From the NCBI GenBank assembly GCA_964442255.1, contig CAYTYC010000001.1, forward strand, positions 32,694-96,693: a stretch of DNA of 64,000 bases, in the 5' to 3' direction. Each line of letters opens with the position of its first letter. Position 1 is the first letter of the stretch. Positions 1 to 9,886 of this stretch are shown here, piece after piece. The notes beneath the pieces were generated by a model, which worked only from the letters and a program-made list of their open reading frames with translations, did no database searches and was not told where the DNA came from. The stretch comes from an uncultured archaeon. GTDB taxonomy: Archaea > Iainarchaeota > Iainarchaeia > Iainarchaeales > 1-14-0-10-31-34. The translations under genes and the position numbers were made by a program.

Positions 1-338
1 TTGAAAGGCTGAGAATAATAAGGGACTTCAGTAGGGACGCGCCTAAATTTGACCAAAAATCCTACAAGCGTGTCGCCAGGGCGGTGGCGCAAAGCCACAT
101 TGGCAGGATAAGCCCAATGAAGAGAAGATATTGGGAGAAAACTTACGAGAAAATGCTTGAAAACACGAAATTCAGGGAATATGCTGAAAAAATGGAAGAG
201 CATTATAGAAAAAAAGCAACTGCAGACATTCACGGCACCGACAGAAAAAAAGGCAAAAGTTAGGGAAGATACTTAAGCTTTTTTGAAAGGAAAGGATTAA
301 ATGAACCTTTACTTATTTTACTCATTTAAGGTGGTTGG

Positions 339-545
339 ATGGTTAACATGACTATGGCTGTTCCTGAAAGACTGCATCGGCTCATGAAAAAACATTCTGA
401 GATTAAGTGGGCTGAAGTGGCTAGAAAGGCGATAGAAAAAAAAGCAATGGAGCTGGAAGAAGAAAAAATGCCGTGGATGAAGCATGCCCACGAGCACGCA
501 GTGAAAAGAGGCTGGAGCGAAGCGCATGAACTCTTCGAGTTTTGA
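339..545 (+). CDS. RHH/CopG-like antitoxin
   Basis: 68 aa, MVNMTMAVPERLHRLMKKHSEIKWAEVAR ribbon-helix-helix pattern; overlaps downstream toxin. Confidence 0.75.
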   Translation: MVNMTMAVPERLHRLMKKHSEIKWAEVARKAIEKKAMELEEEKMPWMKHAHEHAVKRGWSEAHELFEF

Positions 546-876
546 GCAGGGAGAAATTGTTGTTGCGCCTATTCCTTTCTCGACATTCTTGGCTGGAAAA
601 ATTCGCCCCGCGCTTGTGTTAAGCAGGAAGGAATACAACAACAAATCAGAGGACATTATAGTGTTAAAGGTCACGAGCAAGGGAAAGGATTACCCGTTTG
701 ATGTTGTGTTGAAAGAAAAGGATTTGAGTTCAGGAAAACTAAAGCACGAAAGCGTAATCCAGGCGGATTTTCCGGTGATGGTAGAAAAAACAAGCGTTAA
801 AGAAAGAGTTGGCAAAATCTCCAACCAAAAACTCAAAGAAATAAAGCAAAAACTGAAGGAACTGTATCAATTATGA
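526..876 (+). CDS. PemK/MazF-family toxin
   Basis: GEIVVAPIPFS...KIRPALVLS...VTS motifs. Confidence 0.9.
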   Translation: MNSSSFEQGEIVVAPIPFSTFLAGKIRPALVLSRKEYNNKSEDIIVLKVTSKGKDYPFDVVLKEKDLSSGKLKHESVIQADFPVMVEKTSVKERVGKISNQKLKEIKQKLKELYQL

Positions 877-1217
877 AGCAGTTGAAAAAATCCCTGAAGC
901 CAATTCCGCTCTCGCTTAGGGACAAGAAAAGGTATGTTTCATTCACTTTCGCTGAAGGCGGAAAATTTTCGGAGAAAGAAGTGCGTGAGGAAGTGAACCG
1001 GGTTTTCTACCACTTGTTTGGGGAAATAGGCCTTGCGAGGAAAAATTTCCAGTTTGTTTCCTTCAACGAAAAAACCCAAAAAGGAATACTGAAATGCAGG
1101 CACACCGAGGTTGAGGACGTTAAGGCAGGCGTGCTGTTCGTGAAAGAAATTGGCGGAAAACCCGTTCTCCCCGGGATTCTAAGGGTAAGCGGCTCAATCG
1201 GAAAGCTTAAGAAATAG
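873..1217 (+). CDS. rnp2: RNase P protein Pop5/Rpp14
   Basis: PLSLRDKKRYVSF and RVSGSIGKL motifs; superoperon context. Confidence 0.9.
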   Translation: MKQLKKSLKPIPLSLRDKKRYVSFTFAEGGKFSEKEVREEVNRVFYHLFGEIGLARKNFQFVSFNEKTQKGILKCRHTEVEDVKAGVLFVKEIGGKPVLPGILRVSGSIGKLKK

Positions 1218-1253
1218 TTTTTTCTTTTGTCAGCCGGTTTTTCTGCCCCCTGG

Positions 1254-1301
1254 CCCGCAAACCGCGGCACCCGCAAACCGCGGCACCCGCAAACCGCGGC
1301 A
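1254..1301. repeat. 3 x 16-bp tandem repeat CCCGCAAACCGCGGCA
   Basis: three exact copies starting 1254, 1270, 1286. Confidence 0.9.
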
Positions 1302-1384
1302 GTCTTGTCTTATCTTTTAACCATCTATCGAAAAAAGGTAAGATTTAAATATTTTTTGTGCATTTGTTTGTTCGGGTGATTGCG

Positions 1385-1597
1385 ATGGAGACAATAACTT
1401 TGTCCAAAAAATTTCAGATTGTTATCCCCAAAAAGACCAGGGAAGGTCTTGGGCTGAAAGCAGGCCAAAAGCTTGTGCTTCTTGAAAAAGGAAACAGTGT
1501 TGAGCTCGTGAAAATAGGAAACATAAAGTCAGCAATGGGGATGGCGAAAGGCGTTTCCGTCAAAGGCCTGAGGGATGAAAGTGAACGTTTTAGTTGA
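1385..1597 (+). CDS. AbrB/MazE-family antitoxin (VapB)
   Basis: LSKKFQIVIPKKTREGLGLKAGQKL AbrB signature. Confidence 0.9.
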   Translation: METITLSKKFQIVIPKKTREGLGLKAGQKLVLLEKGNSVELVKIGNIKSAMGMAKGVSVKGLRDESERFS

Positions 1598-1958
1598 CAG
1601 CAGCATATGGATTGAGTATTTTGCAAAAGGGGCCAAAGCCAGGAAAGTTGCCGGCATAATTCATAATGCAAACAAACGAACCTACAAGACGCCTTCGATT
1701 GTTCTGTTTGAAGTGTATAAAAAAATAAAAAAAGACCTGAATGAGCAGGTGGCGAATGAAGCAATAGCCCACATTATTGATTTAACGGAGATAATACAAT
1801 TGGATGCGAGGCTGGCGGTGCATGCAGCAGAAGTAAGCCTTGGGACAGGGCTTGCGATGGCTGACGCAATCATTAAGGCGGCTGCAGAATTGAATGACGC
1901 CGAAATAAAGACCATGGACAGGCACTTCAAGGGCTTAAACGGGGTTGGTCTGGTGTGA
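1575..1958 (+). CDS. vapC: VapC PIN-domain toxin
   Basis: LVDSSIWIEY, LAMADAII and TMDRHF PIN motifs. Confidence 0.9.
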   Translation: MKVNVLVDSSIWIEYFAKGAKARKVAGIIHNANKRTYKTPSIVLFEVYKKIKKDLNEQVANEAIAHIIDLTEIIQLDARLAVHAAEVSLGTGLAMADAIIKAAAELNDAEIKTMDRHFKGLNGVGLV

Positions 1959-2133
1959 TGAGTAAATCCTAACCTACATGGTGCAGGGGGGCAATAGGGT
2001 GAGGGGTTAATGAAAACCTGAAGGCAAGCGGGTTGGTTGGAAAGCTCAAGAAATGAGGGAAGACGGGAACCTTTTAAAGCTTATTCTTATTAGATTAGTT
2101 AGTCCGGAAAGAAAGGAAAAAAGAGGTGTTTTA

Positions 2134-2862
2134 TTGTACCCGGGTTCTAGAAGTGCGGCTTACGACAGGGTTGCGACGATGTTCAGCCCGGACGGCAGGC
2201 TATACCAGGTTGAATACGCGTCAAAAATCGTTGACCAGGGAACGCTTGGGGCTGCATTAATTTACGATAAAGGCGTTTTGTTTGGCGCTGACAAGAAAGT
2301 CACTTCAACCTTGATTCTGCCGGCAAGCATTGAAAAAGTCTTCAAAATAGACCAGCATGTCGGCGCAATAAGCTCGGGGTTGGTGGGGGACGCAAGAAGG
2401 CTTGTGGATATTGCAAGACAGGAAGCGCAGGAAAACCAGATGTTTTACGAGGAACCAATCCAGGTTGAAACACTGGTTAAAAAGGTTTCAGGAATAAAGC
2501 AAATCTTCACCCAGTACGGCGGAATGCGGCCGTTTGGAGTGAGCTTCATTATTGGCGGGATTGACACCGACGGAAAAAAGAAGGTATTTGAAACCGAGCC
2601 ATCAGGCGCACTTGCGGAGTACAAGGCAATTGCAATCGGGAAAGGAAAAAAAGAGGCAATGAAGGTTTTGGAGAAAGGCTACAGGGACAAAATGGCTTTC
2701 GCGGACGGAGTAAGGCTTTTAATGGAAACAATTAAGGCGGGATTGTCGGAAAACGAAAAATTTGACATCAACAGGCTGGATTTTGCGTTCATTGAATCCG
2801 GAGGCGAATTCCGGAGAATGGCCACTTCGGACTTGAATTCTGTTTTAGGGAAAAAATCTTGA
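2134..2862 (+). CDS. psmA: Proteasome alpha subunit
   Basis: YDRVATMFSPDGRLYQVEYA signature; TTG start inferred. Confidence 0.95.
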   Translation: MYPGSRSAAYDRVATMFSPDGRLYQVEYASKIVDQGTLGAALIYDKGVLFGADKKVTSTLILPASIEKVFKIDQHVGAISSGLVGDARRLVDIARQEAQENQMFYEEPIQVETLVKKVSGIKQIFTQYGGMRPFGVSFIIGGIDTDGKKKVFETEPSGALAEYKAIAIGKGKKEAMKVLEKGYRDKMAFADGVRLLMETIKAGLSENEKFDINRLDFAFIESGGEFRRMATSDLNSVLGKKS

Positions 2863-2879
2863 CTTTTTTAGGGTAATTT

Positions 2880-3575
2880 ATGGTAAAACTCGAGGAAGCC
2901 GTAATCGCACGGCTTGAAAAGGAAGGCGAAAAATTCGAGGTCCTGGTTGATCCTGACTTAGCAATGGAACTAAAAAAAGGCGAAAAAGTGGACTTCAATG
3001 AACTGCTTGCATCAGACGAAATATTCAGGGACTCCAGGAAAGGGGAAGAGGCAAGCGAAGAAAAACTGAAAAATTTTTTTGGGACAGCCGAAGTCAATGA
3101 GGTCGCGGAAAAAATCGTTAAAGAGGGAAGGGTTCAGCTTACAACCGAACAAAGAAAAGAAATGCTCAAAAAGAGGAGAACCGAAGTGATTTCGCTGATT
3201 GCAAGAAACGCATTGAACCCGCAAACCAATTCTCCGCACCCAAGGCAGAGAATTGAAAACGCATTGGAGGAAGCGAAAGTGCAAATTGACCCCGCGAAGC
3301 CGGCCTCCGAGCAGGTGAAAGAAATACTGAATGAAATAAAAAAGCTCATCCCGATTTCGTTTGAAAAATTGAGGGTCGCGGTGAAGGTGCCCGCGCAGTT
3401 CGCCGGCCGTGCTTCACCGATCCTCCACAACTACGAGCTAAAGCAGGAGGAATGGCAGAAAGACGGCTCATTGGTTGTGGTATTGGAATTGCCCGCGGGA
3501 TTGAAGGCGGATTTGTTTAACGAATTAAATCATTTGACGCACGGGGAAGTTGAAACAAAAATAATTGAACAGTAA
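2880..3575 (+). CDS. Ribosome maturation factor SBDS/Sdo1
   Basis: GEKFEVLVDP, QLTTEQR and PHPRQRIENAL motifs. Confidence 0.95.
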   Translation: MVKLEEAVIARLEKEGEKFEVLVDPDLAMELKKGEKVDFNELLASDEIFRDSRKGEEASEEKLKNFFGTAEVNEVAEKIVKEGRVQLTTEQRKEMLKKRRTEVISLIARNALNPQTNSPHPRQRIENALEEAKVQIDPAKPASEQVKEILNEIKKLIPISFEKLRVAVKVPAQFAGRASPILHNYELKQEEWQKDGSLVVVLELPAGLKADLFNELNHLTHGEVETKIIEQ

Positions 3576-3591
3576 GGGAGTTGAAAAAAAA

Positions 3592-4209
3592 GTGAAAAAA
3601 GTTGTTGTGCCCGGGGAATTAATTTCCGAGGAAAGAAAAAAAATCGGAGAAAATGTTTTCGTAAGGGAAGGAAAAATTTATTCAAGTGTTCTGGGGCTGA
3701 CTGATGAGTCTTCCCCTGTTGCGGGGGTTGTCCCTTTGGAAGGAAGTTACCGTCCCGCGGAAGGGGATTTGATTGTCGGGGTGGTTGAAATGGAGACCTT
3801 TGCGGGATATTTGGTTAACATCAACACCCATGCATGGTCGTTTCTGTCCAAGGAATCCCTTCGCGAGCCCCTGAAGCCGGGCTCAATTGTTTCCGCGCAG
3901 GTTGCAAGGGTGAACGAAGTGAACGAAGTTGACCTGGACAGGCCAAGGGTCTTTTACGGCGGGGAAATAATCAAGGCGACTCCGGTAAAGGTTCCGAGGA
4001 TTATTGGAAAAAACGGCTCAATGCTGAACGTTTTAAAGGACGGAACCAAAAGCAGTTTAATGGTGGGAAGAAACGGGTTTGTCTGGGCGAAAGGCGGGAA
4101 CACCGCGCTTCTTGCAAGGTCGCTGGAAAAAATCCAGAAAGAAGCCCACCACGGAAACCTGACAAACTCCATTGAATCATTTTTGAAGAAGGAAGGAAGT
4201 GAGAAATGA
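3592..4209 (+). CDS. rrp4: Exosome RNA-binding protein Rrp4
   Basis: VVPGE N-domain, S1 and KH (VPRIIGKNGSM); start uncertain (3565 or 3592). Confidence 0.9.
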   Translation: MKKVVVPGELISEERKKIGENVFVREGKIYSSVLGLTDESSPVAGVVPLEGSYRPAEGDLIVGVVEMETFAGYLVNINTHAWSFLSKESLREPLKPGSIVSAQVARVNEVNEVDLDRPRVFYGGEIIKATPVKVPRIIGKNGSMLNVLKDGTKSSLMVGRNGFVWAKGGNTALLARSLEKIQKEAHHGNLTNSIESFLKKEGSEK

Positions 4210-5063
4210 TGGCGAAAAAAGAGGAAAAAATTGAGTACGTGAACAAGAAGGGCCTTAGGCTTGACGGAAGAAAGCCGGAAGAATTAAGGGAATTGAAGAT
4301 CACCGCATCAGTTCTGCCTAATGCGGACGGAAGCTGTTACCTTGAATGGGGCCAAAACAAGGTTTTGGCGGGAGTGCACGGCCCGAAGGAAGTGATTCCA
4401 AAGCACATGTCAAATCCGTACAAGGGAATAATTAAATTTGAGTACAGGATGGCGACCTTTTCTGTTCCCGACAGGAAAAGCCCGAAGCCCGGGAGGAGGG
4501 ACATTGAAATAAGCAAGGTATGCGGGGAAGCGCTCTCAAAGGCGGTGATGCTGGAAAAATTTCCTAACACCGCGCTTGAAGTTTGGGTTGAAATTTTGGA
4601 CAGCAACGCGGGAAGCAGGGTTGCGGCCTTGACTGCGGCAAGCGTTGCCTTGGCTGATGCGGGCATTCCTATGACTGATTTGGTTTGCGCGTGCGCGGCC
4701 GGAAAAGCCGGGGGAAAAATAATCCTTGATTTGAACAAAGACGAAGAGGACGCGCCCGACGCGGTGGACATGCCTCTTGCAGTCCTGCCGAATTCAGGGG
4801 AAATCGTTTTGCTTCAAATGGATGGAATTTTATCCAAAAAGGAGTGGATTGAGGCAATGGAGCTCGGATTAAAGGGCTGCAGGTCAGTGCACGAAAAGCA
4901 GGTTAAGGCGCTGAAAGACAAGTACGGGCAAACCGAAAAAATTGAAGGCCCGGAAGGAAAAACAGGGGCAAAGGAGGAAAAAAAGCAGGGAAAAGGTTTG
5001 CCAAAAGCAGAGGAAAAGAAAAGTGAAGAGGAAAAAACCCGGGAAAAAGGTGATGAAAAATGA
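4206..5063 (+). CDS. rrp41: Exosome subunit Rrp41 with K/E-rich tail
   Basis: RLDGRKPEELR, ADGSCYLEWG, AGSR and LLQMDG motifs. Confidence 0.95.
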   Translation: MMAKKEEKIEYVNKKGLRLDGRKPEELRELKITASVLPNADGSCYLEWGQNKVLAGVHGPKEVIPKHMSNPYKGIIKFEYRMATFSVPDRKSPKPGRRDIEISKVCGEALSKAVMLEKFPNTALEVWVEILDSNAGSRVAALTAASVALADAGIPMTDLVCACAAGKAGGKIILDLNKDEEDAPDAVDMPLAVLPNSGEIVLLQMDGILSKKEWIEAMELGLKGCRSVHEKQVKALKDKYGQTEKIEGPEGKTGAKEEKKQGKGLPKAEEKKSEEEKTREKGDEK

Positions 5064-5842
5064 ATGTTGAAATGCTGCATGAAATCGCAAGCGAAAAGGT
5101 TTTGCTTGAAGCAAAAGAGGGAAGAAGGCTGAGCGGAAGGGCGTTCGACGAATACAGGAAACTCAAGCTTGAAAAGGATGTCTCTAAAAACGCGGAGGCC
5201 TCGGTCAAAGCCTTCCTCGGCCAGACAGAGGTAATTGCGGGAATTAAAATGATTCCCGGCGAACCCTATCCTGACAGCCCCGGTGAGGGAACTATTTCAG
5301 TTGGGGCAGAGCTTTTGCCCCTGGCTTCACCTGAATTCGAGTCAGGTCCCCCAAGGGAAGGCGCAATAGAGCTTTCAAGGGTAGTGGACCGCGGGATAAG
5401 GGAAAGCAAGACACTCAATTTTGCTGACTTATGCATCCGTGAAGGGGAACTGGTGTGGATTGTGTTCATTGACATTTACGCGTTGAACTGCGATGGAAAC
5501 CTTTTTGATGCAAGCTCTGCGGCAGCGCTTTCCGCCCTCCTTGACTGCAAAATCCCCAAGCTTGAGGACGACAAGGCAGTTAAGGGGGAATTCAGCGGAA
5601 AACTGAAGCCGGCAAACAAGCCCCTGCTTTCAACTTTCGCGAAAGTGGGAAACTCAATCTTCCTTGACCCGGATTTAAGGGAAGAAAAGGCGATGAGTGC
5701 CCGTTATTCCGTGGCAACAACCGAGAAAGAGGAATTGTGCGCAATGCAGAAAGGCCTTTCCGGGGCGTTCAGCCTGAAGGAAATTGAGTCCTCAATTGAC
5801 CTTGCATTGAAGAAATCACAGGACTTAAGGAAACTGTTGTGA
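5060..5842 (+). CDS. rrp42: Exosome subunit Rrp42
   Basis: PYPDSPGEG, ELSRVVDRGIRES and DGNLFD motifs. Confidence 0.95.
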   Translation: MNVEMLHEIASEKVLLEAKEGRRLSGRAFDEYRKLKLEKDVSKNAEASVKAFLGQTEVIAGIKMIPGEPYPDSPGEGTISVGAELLPLASPEFESGPPREGAIELSRVVDRGIRESKTLNFADLCIREGELVWIVFIDIYALNCDGNLFDASSAAALSALLDCKIPKLEDDKAVKGEFSGKLKPANKPLLSTFAKVGNSIFLDPDLREEKAMSARYSVATTEKEELCAMQKGLSGAFSLKEIESSIDLALKKSQDLRKLL

Positions 5843-5852
5843 GGAACAGGAA

Positions 5853-6293
5853 ATGGGTGAAACAAAAAAAGTCCGCACAACCGGAAGGTTTGGCCCCCGG
5901 TATGGGGTGGGGATAAGGAAAAGGGTGCTGAAGGTTGAACAGCAGCAGAGGCAAAAATTTCAGTGCCCCCACTGCGGATTCAGGAAAGTGAAAAGAAAGG
6001 CGAAAGGCATTTATGTTTGCGGGAAATGCGGAAAAAAGATTGCCGGCGGAGCCTATGTTTTGTCCACAATGGGCGGGGACATAATCAGGAAAATGGTTGC
6101 GCAAAAGAAATTTGTTTCAGGGTTGGGCGAATTAACCAAATCCAGGGAAAAAGAACGGGAAGAAAGGGAAGCGGAAAAGGAAAGAAAAAAAGCCCCCGAA
6201 AAAAAGGAAAAATCCATAGAACAAAAAAAGAGGCCGGAAAAAAAGGAATCAGGGGAAGAACATAAAGAAATGCGCGGAAAGAAAAAGGATTAA
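5853..6293 (+). CDS. rpl37ae: Ribosomal protein eL43 (L37Ae) with charged C-terminal extension
   Basis: GRFGPRYG, CPHC..CGKC, AGGAY. Confidence 0.95.
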   Translation: MGETKKVRTTGRFGPRYGVGIRKRVLKVEQQQRQKFQCPHCGFRKVKRKAKGIYVCGKCGKKIAGGAYVLSTMGGDIIRKMVAQKKFVSGLGELTKSREKEREEREAEKERKKAPEKKEKSIEQKKRPEKKESGEEHKEMRGKKKD

Positions 6294-6313
6294 ATTAAAA
6301 TGGAGTGAATTGA

Positions 6314-6466
6314 ATGGCGAAACAAAAATCCGGAAAATATAAGTGCCAGAAATGCGGAATGCAGTTTGACGCTTTGCCCGAAGCGGTTGTAAGATGCCCT
6401 TCCTGCGCAAACAAGGTTTTGCTTAAGGTAAGGCAGCCTGTCTCAAAAGAGCTTAAGGCAAGGTAA
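6314..6466 (+). CDS. rpoP: RNA polymerase subunit P (Rpo12), not in ORF track
   Basis: hand translation MAKQKSGKYKCQKCG...VRCPSCANKVLLKVR; conserved position after rpl37ae. Confidence 0.9.
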   Translation: MAKQKSGKYKCQKCGMQFDALPEAVVRCPSCANKVLLKVRQPVSKELKAR

Positions 6467-6476
6467 GGCGAAGAAC

Positions 6477-6947
6477 TTGCTTTTCACTACCTCCAGAAAG
6501 CCTTCAAGGAAAACGCTTTCGTTTGCCAAGGATTTGGTGAAAAGCCTTCCATCCACGGTTTACTTTCCGCGCGGAAAAAAAGGGGTTGAGGAGCTTATTT
6601 CAGATGCACGGTACAAGGGCTTTAATTCAATTCTGGTTTTATGCGAATCCCACGGAAACCCTGTTTCACTGAAAAAAATTGAATTAACTGAAGGGGAATG
6701 GGATTACTCATTTGAGGCAAAAATAAGGCTTTTGGGCTCAAGGAAAGAAATTTCGGGATTCACTGCCTCCCTGCAGGGAATTGGAAAGGTTTCCGTGCGG
6801 GAAGATGTGAAAAATTTTTTGGAGTTAAAGGAAAACAGCGGGGCCCAGGAAACAGAGTTCAGGGAAGAAAAAGGCAAACTGAATTTTTACAGGAACGGCT
6901 CGCCTGTTGGGCCGGAGTTTGAGGTGAAAGGAATTGAGCGAATTTGA
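6477..6947 (+). CDS. Brix/Imp4-domain protein
   Basis: FTTSRKPS...RGKK...ESHGNP; synteny. Confidence 0.85.
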   Translation: MLFTTSRKPSRKTLSFAKDLVKSLPSTVYFPRGKKGVEELISDARYKGFNSILVLCESHGNPVSLKKIELTEGEWDYSFEAKIRLLGSRKEISGFTASLQGIGKVSVREDVKNFLELKENSGAQETEFREEKGKLNFYRNGSPVGPEFEVKGIERI

Positions 6948-7179
6948 GTTTTTCCTTGAACTGGATTTTCCTTCAAATGAACGGGCGGAAAAGGTTTTGA
7001 ACGCTATTTCCCCTGAACTGGAGGCCGAAAAAAGGCTGCGCTCAAGTTCAGGGGTAAAGGTTAAAAGGAATACTTTATCCATTTATGTTCAGGCAAAGGA
7101 CAGGACCGCGTTGAAGGCGTCGGTTAATTCCGTTTTAAAGGGAATTATTTTGTCAAATGAATTGCTTGAGGAGGTTTGA
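6934..7179 (+). CDS. pcc1: KEOPS subunit Pcc1
   Basis: AISPE...AKDRTALKASVNS; synteny. Confidence 0.85.
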   Translation: MSEFEFFLELDFPSNERAEKVLNAISPELEAEKRLRSSSGVKVKRNTLSIYVQAKDRTALKASVNSVLKGIILSNELLEEV

Positions 7180-7185
7180 AAAACA

Positions 7186-7530
7186 ATGGCAGATGAAAGA
7201 CAGCAGGATGCGGCGGAATTCGAGAGAAACCGCGCGCAGCTCATGAACATTTCTTCACAGAAGCAGCAGCTGCAGTTCCAGAGCAGGGTTTTGGGGGACT
7301 CCCTTGCGGAGCTGGAGAAAACAGGCGAAAAAAAGGTTTACAAGGCAGTTGGAAACATCCTGATTCTGACTCCGGTGGACAAGGCAAAGAAAGAGGTAAA
7401 GGATTCCAAGGAATCCGTTGATCTTAAAGTCAAGACACTGCAAAAACAAGAGGAACTGACAATAGACAAGCTCAACAAACTCAAAAAAAAGCTTGAAGTA
7501 AAGGAAGAAACCCCGGCGAAAGCGAAGTGA
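7186..7530 (+). CDS. pfdB: Prefoldin beta subunit
   Basis: coiled coil with VYKAVGNILI hairpin; synteny. Confidence 0.9.
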   Translation: MADERQQDAAEFERNRAQLMNISSQKQQLQFQSRVLGDSLAELEKTGEKKVYKAVGNILILTPVDKAKKEVKDSKESVDLKVKTLQKQEELTIDKLNKLKKKLEVKEETPAKAK

Positions 7531-7536
7531 ATTTGC

Positions 7537-8553
7537 ATGCCCCTGCTCCGGAAGTTCCTGAAAAACGTAAAGGGCGGAAGGATAGGGATTTTCACGCACG
7601 AAGGTGCGGACGTTGACGCCTTTGCCGCGGGGGCATGCATGTACCTTTACCTCAAAGAAAAATACTCCCCAAAACTAATTGTCCCGGAGCACATAAACAT
7701 TAACGCGAAATCAGTCGCAAAAAAAACCCGCATTCCTTACACAATAACAAAAAAAAGGGTTCCAGACTTTGATGCAATGGTTTTCGTTGACTTCAATGCG
7801 GCGGAAATGTTGGGGGGAATCGCATTTAAAGTCCTTTCCCGGAAAAAACCGGTTCTCCTGGTTGACCACCACACGAAAGCAAAGAAGGGCGCAATAAAGG
7901 CGCAGTTCCATTTTTTGGACTCAAAGGCTTTAAGCTCGTGTGAATTGGTGTTAGAGTTGTTCAGGCGCTCCCATATTGAAGTTTCGCCTAAAATGGCGCA
8001 GCTTCTTGCCGCGGGGATTGTGACAGACACCGCCTTCTTTCACACAGCAAACCATTCCACTTTCAAGAAAATGTCTTTTCTTTTGCGCGAGTCCCGCAAA
8101 TCTTTTTCCCAAATCACGGCGCTTTTTAGGGCTGAAGTTGACTTCAGCGAAAAAATTGCTTCCCTGAAAGCGGCAAAGCGCGCCCGCATTTTCAAAATCG
8201 GAAACTGGGTTGCGGTCACAACGGATGTGGGCTCTTTTGAGGCTTCCGCAGCCTCCGTGCTTGTGAGGCTTGGGGCTGATGTCGCGTTTGCCGGGGACTG
8301 CGATAACTCCAAAATAAGGGTAAGCGGAAGGGCTTCAATGCTTTTCCTCAAAAAAACGGGTTTTGATTTGGCGCGGGACGTTTTTCAGCCCCTGTCCCCC
8401 AAATTTTCCGGATCCGGCGGAGGCCATGCCGGCGCGGCTGCCTTCAGCGGAAAAGCGGAAAGCCTTGAGCCAGCCTTGCAGGAGTGTTTGAAGCTTGTGC
8501 AGCGGCATCTGAAGAAAAAAAACAGGCCCTTTCAATTGAAGGAATACACCTAA
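7537..8553 (+). CDS. DHH/DHHA1 phosphoesterase
   Basis: HxxADxD, DHH, GIVTDT and GGGHAGAAA motifs. Confidence 0.9.
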   Translation: MPLLRKFLKNVKGGRIGIFTHEGADVDAFAAGACMYLYLKEKYSPKLIVPEHININAKSVAKKTRIPYTITKKRVPDFDAMVFVDFNAAEMLGGIAFKVLSRKKPVLLVDHHTKAKKGAIKAQFHFLDSKALSSCELVLELFRRSHIEVSPKMAQLLAAGIVTDTAFFHTANHSTFKKMSFLLRESRKSFSQITALFRAEVDFSEKIASLKAAKRARIFKIGNWVAVTTDVGSFEASAASVLVRLGADVAFAGDCDNSKIRVSGRASMLFLKKTGFDLARDVFQPLSPKFSGSGGGHAGAAAFSGKAESLEPALQECLKLVQRHLKKKNRPFQLKEYT

Positions 8554-8598
8554 TCATTTGAATAACTTTTAAATACTAGTTTGGTTCAATTAAATGCA

Positions 8599-9252
8599 AT
8601 GAAAGGCAAACTAATCCTGCTGTTTGCGCTTGCGCTGCTTTTGGCTTTGCCTGCAGCTTTCGCGGATGTTCTTTTTCCCGGAGAAAAAAGTGTGGGCTAT
8701 TGCTTTGAGATTTCAAACATTGGCGAATACCCTGGCTATGCTTTTGTGGCAAGCTTTTATGGCGCAAACGGCGGCTATAATGTCGCGGAGGAAGGGGAAT
8801 GTGTGGGCTTCTATAAGTTTGACAGGGCTACAGTTTATGCAATAAAGAAAGAGAAATTTGATGAAATTGACTTTACTGATGTGGAGAAGCTTGAAAAGAT
8901 TAAAGAGGAGGGCTACTTTGAAAAGAATAAGGACTTTGTCCCTTCGGGAATTGAAATCCACCACGGCCAAAGCACAGTTGCGGAAACAGATCCATTGGAA
9001 AAAACGGTTGATGTGTTGGAGATTGTTTCCTTAAGTGAAACTGGGTTTAACCTAAAGAAATCCAAGGTAATTTATGCTTACCTTGGGGGCTTTGTTGAAG
9101 AAAAGGTTTACACTTCGCAGGATGAAAGGCCGCCACGTTCACTTGGCGCGATTCTTCCCGCATGGTTCACCGCTTTTTGGGTTATAACTTTTCCAATAAC
9201 CGCCCTCATAATAATCGGCTTAATTCTCCTTTACAGAAGACGGAAAAAATGA
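8599..9252 (+). CDS. Secreted, C-terminally anchored hypothetical protein
   Basis: signal peptide, C-terminal TM helix plus RRRKK. Confidence 0.75.
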   Translation: MKGKLILLFALALLLALPAAFADVLFPGEKSVGYCFEISNIGEYPGYAFVASFYGANGGYNVAEEGECVGFYKFDRATVYAIKKEKFDEIDFTDVEKLEKIKEEGYFEKNKDFVPSGIEIHHGQSTVAETDPLEKTVDVLEIVSLSETGFNLKKSKVIYAYLGGFVEEKVYTSQDERPPRSLGAILPAWFTAFWVITFPITALIIIGLILLYRRRKK

Positions 9253-9557
9253 TTCTTTTCGGTTTGGTTTTTGCCCTTCTTCTTACAATCTTCTTGGAAT
9301 TCTTTGTTTTATGGCTTATCCTAAAAAAAGAGCCCACAAAGCTTTTGCTTTACTTTGCATTGATTAATTCTTTCAGTCAGCCCCTTGCAACTTTTGCTTA
9401 CTGGACTTTTTTGCCGGATTTTTTTCTTGTTGAGGCCGCGGTGTTCTTGGCTGAAACAGTGCTGATTGCGCTTTTGCTTCAGACAAATTACAGGAAAGCT
9501 TTATTGTTGTCTTTTGCCGCTAACGCGGTTTCCGCGGCGTTCAGCTTTCTTTTATGA
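9249..9557 (+). CDS. Small multi-pass membrane protein
   Basis: hydrophobic, overlaps upstream stop (ATGA). Confidence 0.7.
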   Translation: MILFGLVFALLLTIFLEFFVLWLILKKEPTKLLLYFALINSFSQPLATFAYWTFLPDFFLVEAAVFLAETVLIALLLQTNYRKALLLSFAANAVSAAFSFLL

Positions 9558-9834
9558 ATTCGCAGGGCCTGCAGTCCGGGCTTTTCCCGCGGTCATACCA
9601 TCCCTTTGGAAGGGCTTCGTTTCCCTCAAAGTATATGTGCATCCTTCCATCAGAATCGCAGTACGCGTTTTCCAGTTCCCCCACATACTTGTAGCAGGGC
9701 GCAACGCATTTTTCGTCCCCGCTGAAGGAAGGCAGCTTGTCCGTTCCAGTGTAGCCCGTCAAAAAATAGCCCATTATCACGCCGATTCCCAACGCAATGA
9801 ACCCGTAAGCCAGAACGCTTTTCATAAACCTCAT
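9541..9834 (-). CDS. Membrane-anchored Cys-rich hypothetical protein
   Basis: N-terminal TM, several Cys. Confidence 0.6.
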   Translation of the reverse strand: MRFMKSVLAYGFIALGIGVIMGYFLTGYTGTDKLPSFSGDEKCVAPCYKYVGELENAYCDSDGRMHIYFEGNEALPKGWYDRGKSPDCRPCEFIKES

Positions 9835-9886
9835 TTCACTCCCTAAGATATTCGCCTTTCTTATTTAAATCTTTTTTCTTATTCAC

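Noticed and set aside
5..263. Open frame at window start
   Set aside because: Preceded by an in-frame TGA at 2-4 and no recognisable family; cannot be called without upstream sequence
1955..2022. Possible C/D-box sRNA (GTGATGA...CTGA)
   Set aside because: Box C overlaps the vapC stop, there are no convincing C'/D' boxes and the spacing is long
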